A stretch of DNA of 30,000 bases from the NCBI GenBank assembly GCA_013817655.1, contig JACDCJ010000001.1, positions 1 through 30,000 of the forward strand, given 5' to 3'. The stretch is from Actinomycetota bacterium (lineage in GTDB: Bacteria > Actinomycetota > UBA4738). Made by a program: the position numbers and the translations under genes. This document shows positions 27,483 to 30,000 of the stretch, in pieces; position 1 is the stretch's first letter, and every line of letters starts with the position of its first letter. Below the pieces are notes generated by a model. The model saw nothing but the letters and a program-made list of their open reading frames with translations. It did not search any database and was not told the origin of the DNA.

Positions 27483-27517
27483 CTCCGCGCGCGGAGAGGC
27501 GGACGGAACTATATCCT
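27483..27517. promoter_or_regulatory. Divergent promoter region (TATAGT for the mau-like operon, TATCCT for the LLM gene) with a 14-bp palindrome
   Basis: Overlapping hexamers at 27508-27513 (-) and 27512-27517 (+). CTCCGCGCGCGGAG at 27483-27496. Confidence 0.45.
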
Positions 27518-27543
27518 GGCCCCTTCCGTTCTGGAGGTCGCTC

Positions 27544-28377
27544 GTGCGATTCGGCCTGGACGTCGCGCAACACCAGCAGGCGTGGGGAGGGATACTCGAG
27601 CGCGCTCGTTTCGCGGAGGATGCCGGGTTCGACGGCTGCTGGGTCTTCGACCACTTCAAGGCCCTCTATGGCGACCCCGTGGGTCCGTGTCTGGAGGGAT
27701 GGTCACTGCTCGCCGGGCTCGCCGCGGGAACATCGAGGATCCGCCTGGGCGCCCTGGTGACCGGGGCGACCTACCGGCATCCCTCCATCCTCGCGGCCCA
27801 GGCGGTGACCGTCGATCACATCTCGGGTGGGCGGCTCGAGCTCGGCATCGGCGCCGCCTGGTTCGAACGCGAACACGTCGAGCTCGGCATCGACTTCCCC
27901 GGGGTCCGCGAGCGCGGTGAGCGGCTCGACGAAGCGGTCCAGGTCATCCGGTCTCTGATGACCGGTGAGCCCGCGTCGTTTCAGGGGAGGCACTACCAAC
28001 TCCGCAACGCCGTATACCGGCCCCAACCAGTCCAGCAGCCGACGCCTCCGATCTGGATCGGCGCGGGAGGCGAGCGGATGATGCTTCCCATCGTCGCTCG
28101 CCGGGCGGATGTGTGGCACGGGTTCGGGCCCGCAGCGGAGATGCGGCGCAAGTCGCTGATAATCGACCGCCACGCCGAAGCGGCCGGTCGAGATCCCTCG
28201 GAGATCGGGCGCTCGTCGTCCCTGTCCATATCGGAGCCGTGGCACGCCGTCCATCGCAGGGCCGAGGACCTCGCCGGCTCGGGCTTCAACTACCTGATCG
28301 TGTCCTGGCCGTCGGAAGGCCGGGCGCGACTCGAGGAGTTCATCTCCGACGTCATGCCCGACCTCGGTGGCCTGTAG
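27544..28377 (+). CDS. LLM-class (probably F420-dependent) oxidoreductase
   Basis: WVFDHF, LGALVTGATYRHPS, TVDHISGGRLELGIGAAW, PPIWIGAGGE. GGAGG RBS. Confidence 0.9.
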   Translation: MRFGLDVAQHQQAWGGILERARFAEDAGFDGCWVFDHFKALYGDPVGPCLEGWSLLAGLAAGTSRIRLGALVTGATYRHPSILAAQAVTVDHISGGRLELGIGAAWFEREHVELGIDFPGVRERGERLDEAVQVIRSLMTGEPASFQGRHYQLRNAVYRPQPVQQPTPPIWIGAGGERMMLPIVARRADVWHGFGPAAEMRRKSLIIDRHAEAAGRDPSEIGRSSSLSISEPWHAVHRRAEDLAGSGFNYLIVSWPSEGRARLEEFISDVMPDLGGL

Positions 28378-29060
28378 GCCGTAACGAAGAACCCCCGGAC
28401 GCGCCGCTCCCCCTCCACATAAGCGATCTCCCGGTGAGCGGGTGGCTCGCCAGGGTCGAAGGCCAATCGAATCGAGTCGTCGTCGGGGTGGTTCGGGTCG
28501 TATACCAGGACATGAACCCACCCGCTGGCCTCGTCGAGGTCGTACCCGTAGGCGAGCGCCTGGTGGTTCCGCGCCATCGTCCATGGGCTGATCGAACGAA
28601 CGCGGACCAGCCCGAGGGGACAGAGGCGGCCGGCGTCGACCTCATTCCGCACCCGCGGCCACTCCCTCCGGATCGTTCTCGAGGTCGCGCCACGGACAAC
28701 CCAGGCGTCCCCATCCGGGAGCATCGACCACGCGAAGTAGCGCAGGACGCCGAAAGGGAGACCCCAGCTCGAGAACAGCCGGCGGACCAGGTAGGGGAAC
28801 AGTGGCGTGCCCCGGGTTGGGGCCGTGGCGACCGCCGGAGGCAGACGTCCCGCTTCGAAGATGTCTCGGGCCGCGAAGACCATGCCGCCGCACAGGCCCC
28901 TAGAGGCGTTCCCGACCGGCAGGCGCAGCCCGGCCAACCTGAGCTCGGCGACCGGTGCCTTGGAGAAACGGTTCGGAAAATGGAACCCCGAACGGCTGGG
29001 GAGGAAGCCCGGCACCCGCGCGCTGACCACCTCCGGAAGTATCTCGCGTGGAGATTCCAT
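28290..29060 (-). CDS. Hypothetical protein with papain-like Cys-His-Asp motifs (start uncertain)
   Basis: GLCGGM, NHQALAY and VYDPNHP occur in catalytic-triad order. Overlaps the 3' end of the LLM gene by 88 nt. Confidence 0.62.
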   Translation of the reverse strand: MESPREILPEVVSARVPGFLPSRSGFHFPNRFSKAPVAELRLAGLRLPVGNASRGLCGGMVFAARDIFEAGRLPPAVATAPTRGTPLFPYLVRRLFSSWGLPFGVLRYFAWSMLPDGDAWVVRGATSRTIRREWPRVRNEVDAGRLCPLGLVRVRSISPWTMARNHQALAYGYDLDEASGWVHVLVYDPNHPDDDSIRLAFDPGEPPAHREIAYVEGERRVRGFFVTAYRPPRSGMTSEMNSSSRARPSDGQDTIR

Positions 29061-29122
29061 GAGAAGGATGGGGCCTGCGGCGATCCTCGGACGGTTCTGT
29101 CGCTCCGATCCCATAATGTCCC

Positions 29123-29809
29123 ATGGAATTCGAGATGCGGACTGGCGGCTCAGCCCGCGGGAAGTGCCGATGGATGGCTGCTGCGGGCATGGCCGTCGCC
29201 GTCGTTCTCGCCTCATGCGGAGGGACCAGCGGATACACCTTCGTGCGCAGCTCCGAGACCGACGCGTTCTTCAAGGTGCCGAGCGATTGGGAGCGCTTCA
29301 ACAAGAAGGAGATCCTCGTGGCGGTGGATCTGAGCGATTCGCCGGGGGCGAACGAGGGCTTCAAGTTCCTGGAGGCCTACGACGCCGCGCCGGATCCCTC
29401 GATCGACCACGTTATTGGAGCGGAGCTACCGAATTTCCCGGTCGTTCGCGCAGAGGTCCGCCAGCTCACCCCGGTGACACGCGACCGGATGTCGCTCCAG
29501 TCCATCCGCAACGCGCTGTTCCCGATCGACGAGCTCTTCCAGAACGACCAGGTAGACGTCCTTGCCGAGGAGGACGTGGTGCTCGATGGGGGGGTCCATG
29601 GGCTGCGGCTGGACTACAACCTCTCCCTCGCGGGAAACCTCACGGCGGTGGCCGGCAACCAGATCCTCCGGGTGACCCAGATCGGCCTGGTGGACCCCGC
29701 CACGAACCTCTTCTACCTCTTCTGGGTTCAGTGCACGGCGGACTGCTTCCAGCAGCATCAGCGCACGATCGACCAGATCGTGGATTCCTACACCGTGAAG
29801 GAGCAGTGA
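29123..29809 (+). CDS. Hypothetical lipoprotein
   Basis: Basic n-region, hydrophobic h-region, LASC lipobox and a well-formed globular remainder. Confidence 0.75.
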   Translation: MEFEMRTGGSARGKCRWMAAAGMAVAVVLASCGGTSGYTFVRSSETDAFFKVPSDWERFNKKEILVAVDLSDSPGANEGFKFLEAYDAAPDPSIDHVIGAELPNFPVVRAEVRQLTPVTRDRMSLQSIRNALFPIDELFQNDQVDVLAEEDVVLDGGVHGLRLDYNLSLAGNLTAVAGNQILRVTQIGLVDPATNLFYLFWVQCTADCFQQHQRTIDQIVDSYTVKEQ

Positions 29810-29810
29810 G

Positions 29811-30000
29811 ATGAGCTCGAACGGAGAGGACCAGCCCGGGCTGTCCTGGCCGGACCACGACACCGGTCCGACCCCGCCTCCCGAGTACAAGAGCAGGCTG
29901 CGAGACGAGGAGCGGATCACGCGCAAGCCACTCGCGTGGTGGGATCGCATCAAGCTCCTGCTCCTGCTCCTGGGCGCCTTCATGGTGCTCGTCTGGAGCA
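29811..30000 (+). CDS. N-terminus of a membrane protein, possibly an FtsH-like AAA ATPase (truncated)
   Basis: ATG 2 nt after the lipoprotein stop: MSSNGEDQPG...WWDRIKLLLLLLGAFMVLVWS. Family guess from memory only. Confidence 0.5.
   Translation, partial: MSSNGEDQPGLSWPDHDTGPTPPPEYKSRLRDEERITRKPLAWWDRIKLLLLLLGAFMVLVWS

Noticed and set aside
2679-29983. Numerous long antisense or alternate-frame ORFs (e.g. 7588-9015, 9047-10660, 23601-24668, 26041-27234)
   Set aside because: Arg/Pro/Gly-rich shadows of real genes, expected in high-GC DNA, with no recognisable motifs.
1-30000. CRISPR arrays, tRNA/rRNA genes, IS elements, prophage genes; also sel machinery genes
   Set aside because: None recognisable. 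Intergenic gaps are short and explained by promoters or hairpins. The lack of selA/B/C/D in this window leaves the Sec call unconfirmed but does not contradict it.

Overview
High-GC actinobacterial (Actinomycetota-type) chromosomal window. Bases 1-9.8 kb hold housekeeping and metabolic genes: two acyl-CoA dehydrogenases, cysS, an M24 peptidase, an FAD oxidoreductase, a HelY helicase and an alpha/beta hydrolase. Bases 9.8-24.6 kb hold a complete Pup-proteasome/DNA-damage locus on the minus strand (htrA, trmI, arc, dop, pup, prcB, prcA, pafA ... pafB, pafC, tatA, tatC). It is interrupted by a divergent F420-nitroreductase/DUF3866 pair and a decayed cupredoxin-like remnant. The standout is a compact minus-strand operon at 25.0-27.5 kb: mauE-like, mauD-like, mauF-like, then a Tat-exported, 14-Cys, MauA-like small protein. 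The ORF track truncates the mauF-like gene. Its real start is the ATG at 26283, which overlaps the mauD stop, and it carries an in-frame TGA at the Cys position of the family SPCG motif (SP-U-GASM), followed directly by a bacterial SECIS-like hairpin. This predicts a selenoprotein in a mini-mau system that has no mauB, mauG or mauC in this window. The window ends with an F420 LLM oxidoreductase, a papain-like hypothetical, a lipoprotein and the start of a membrane protein. Family assignments come from motif recognition and recalled sequences, not database searches.
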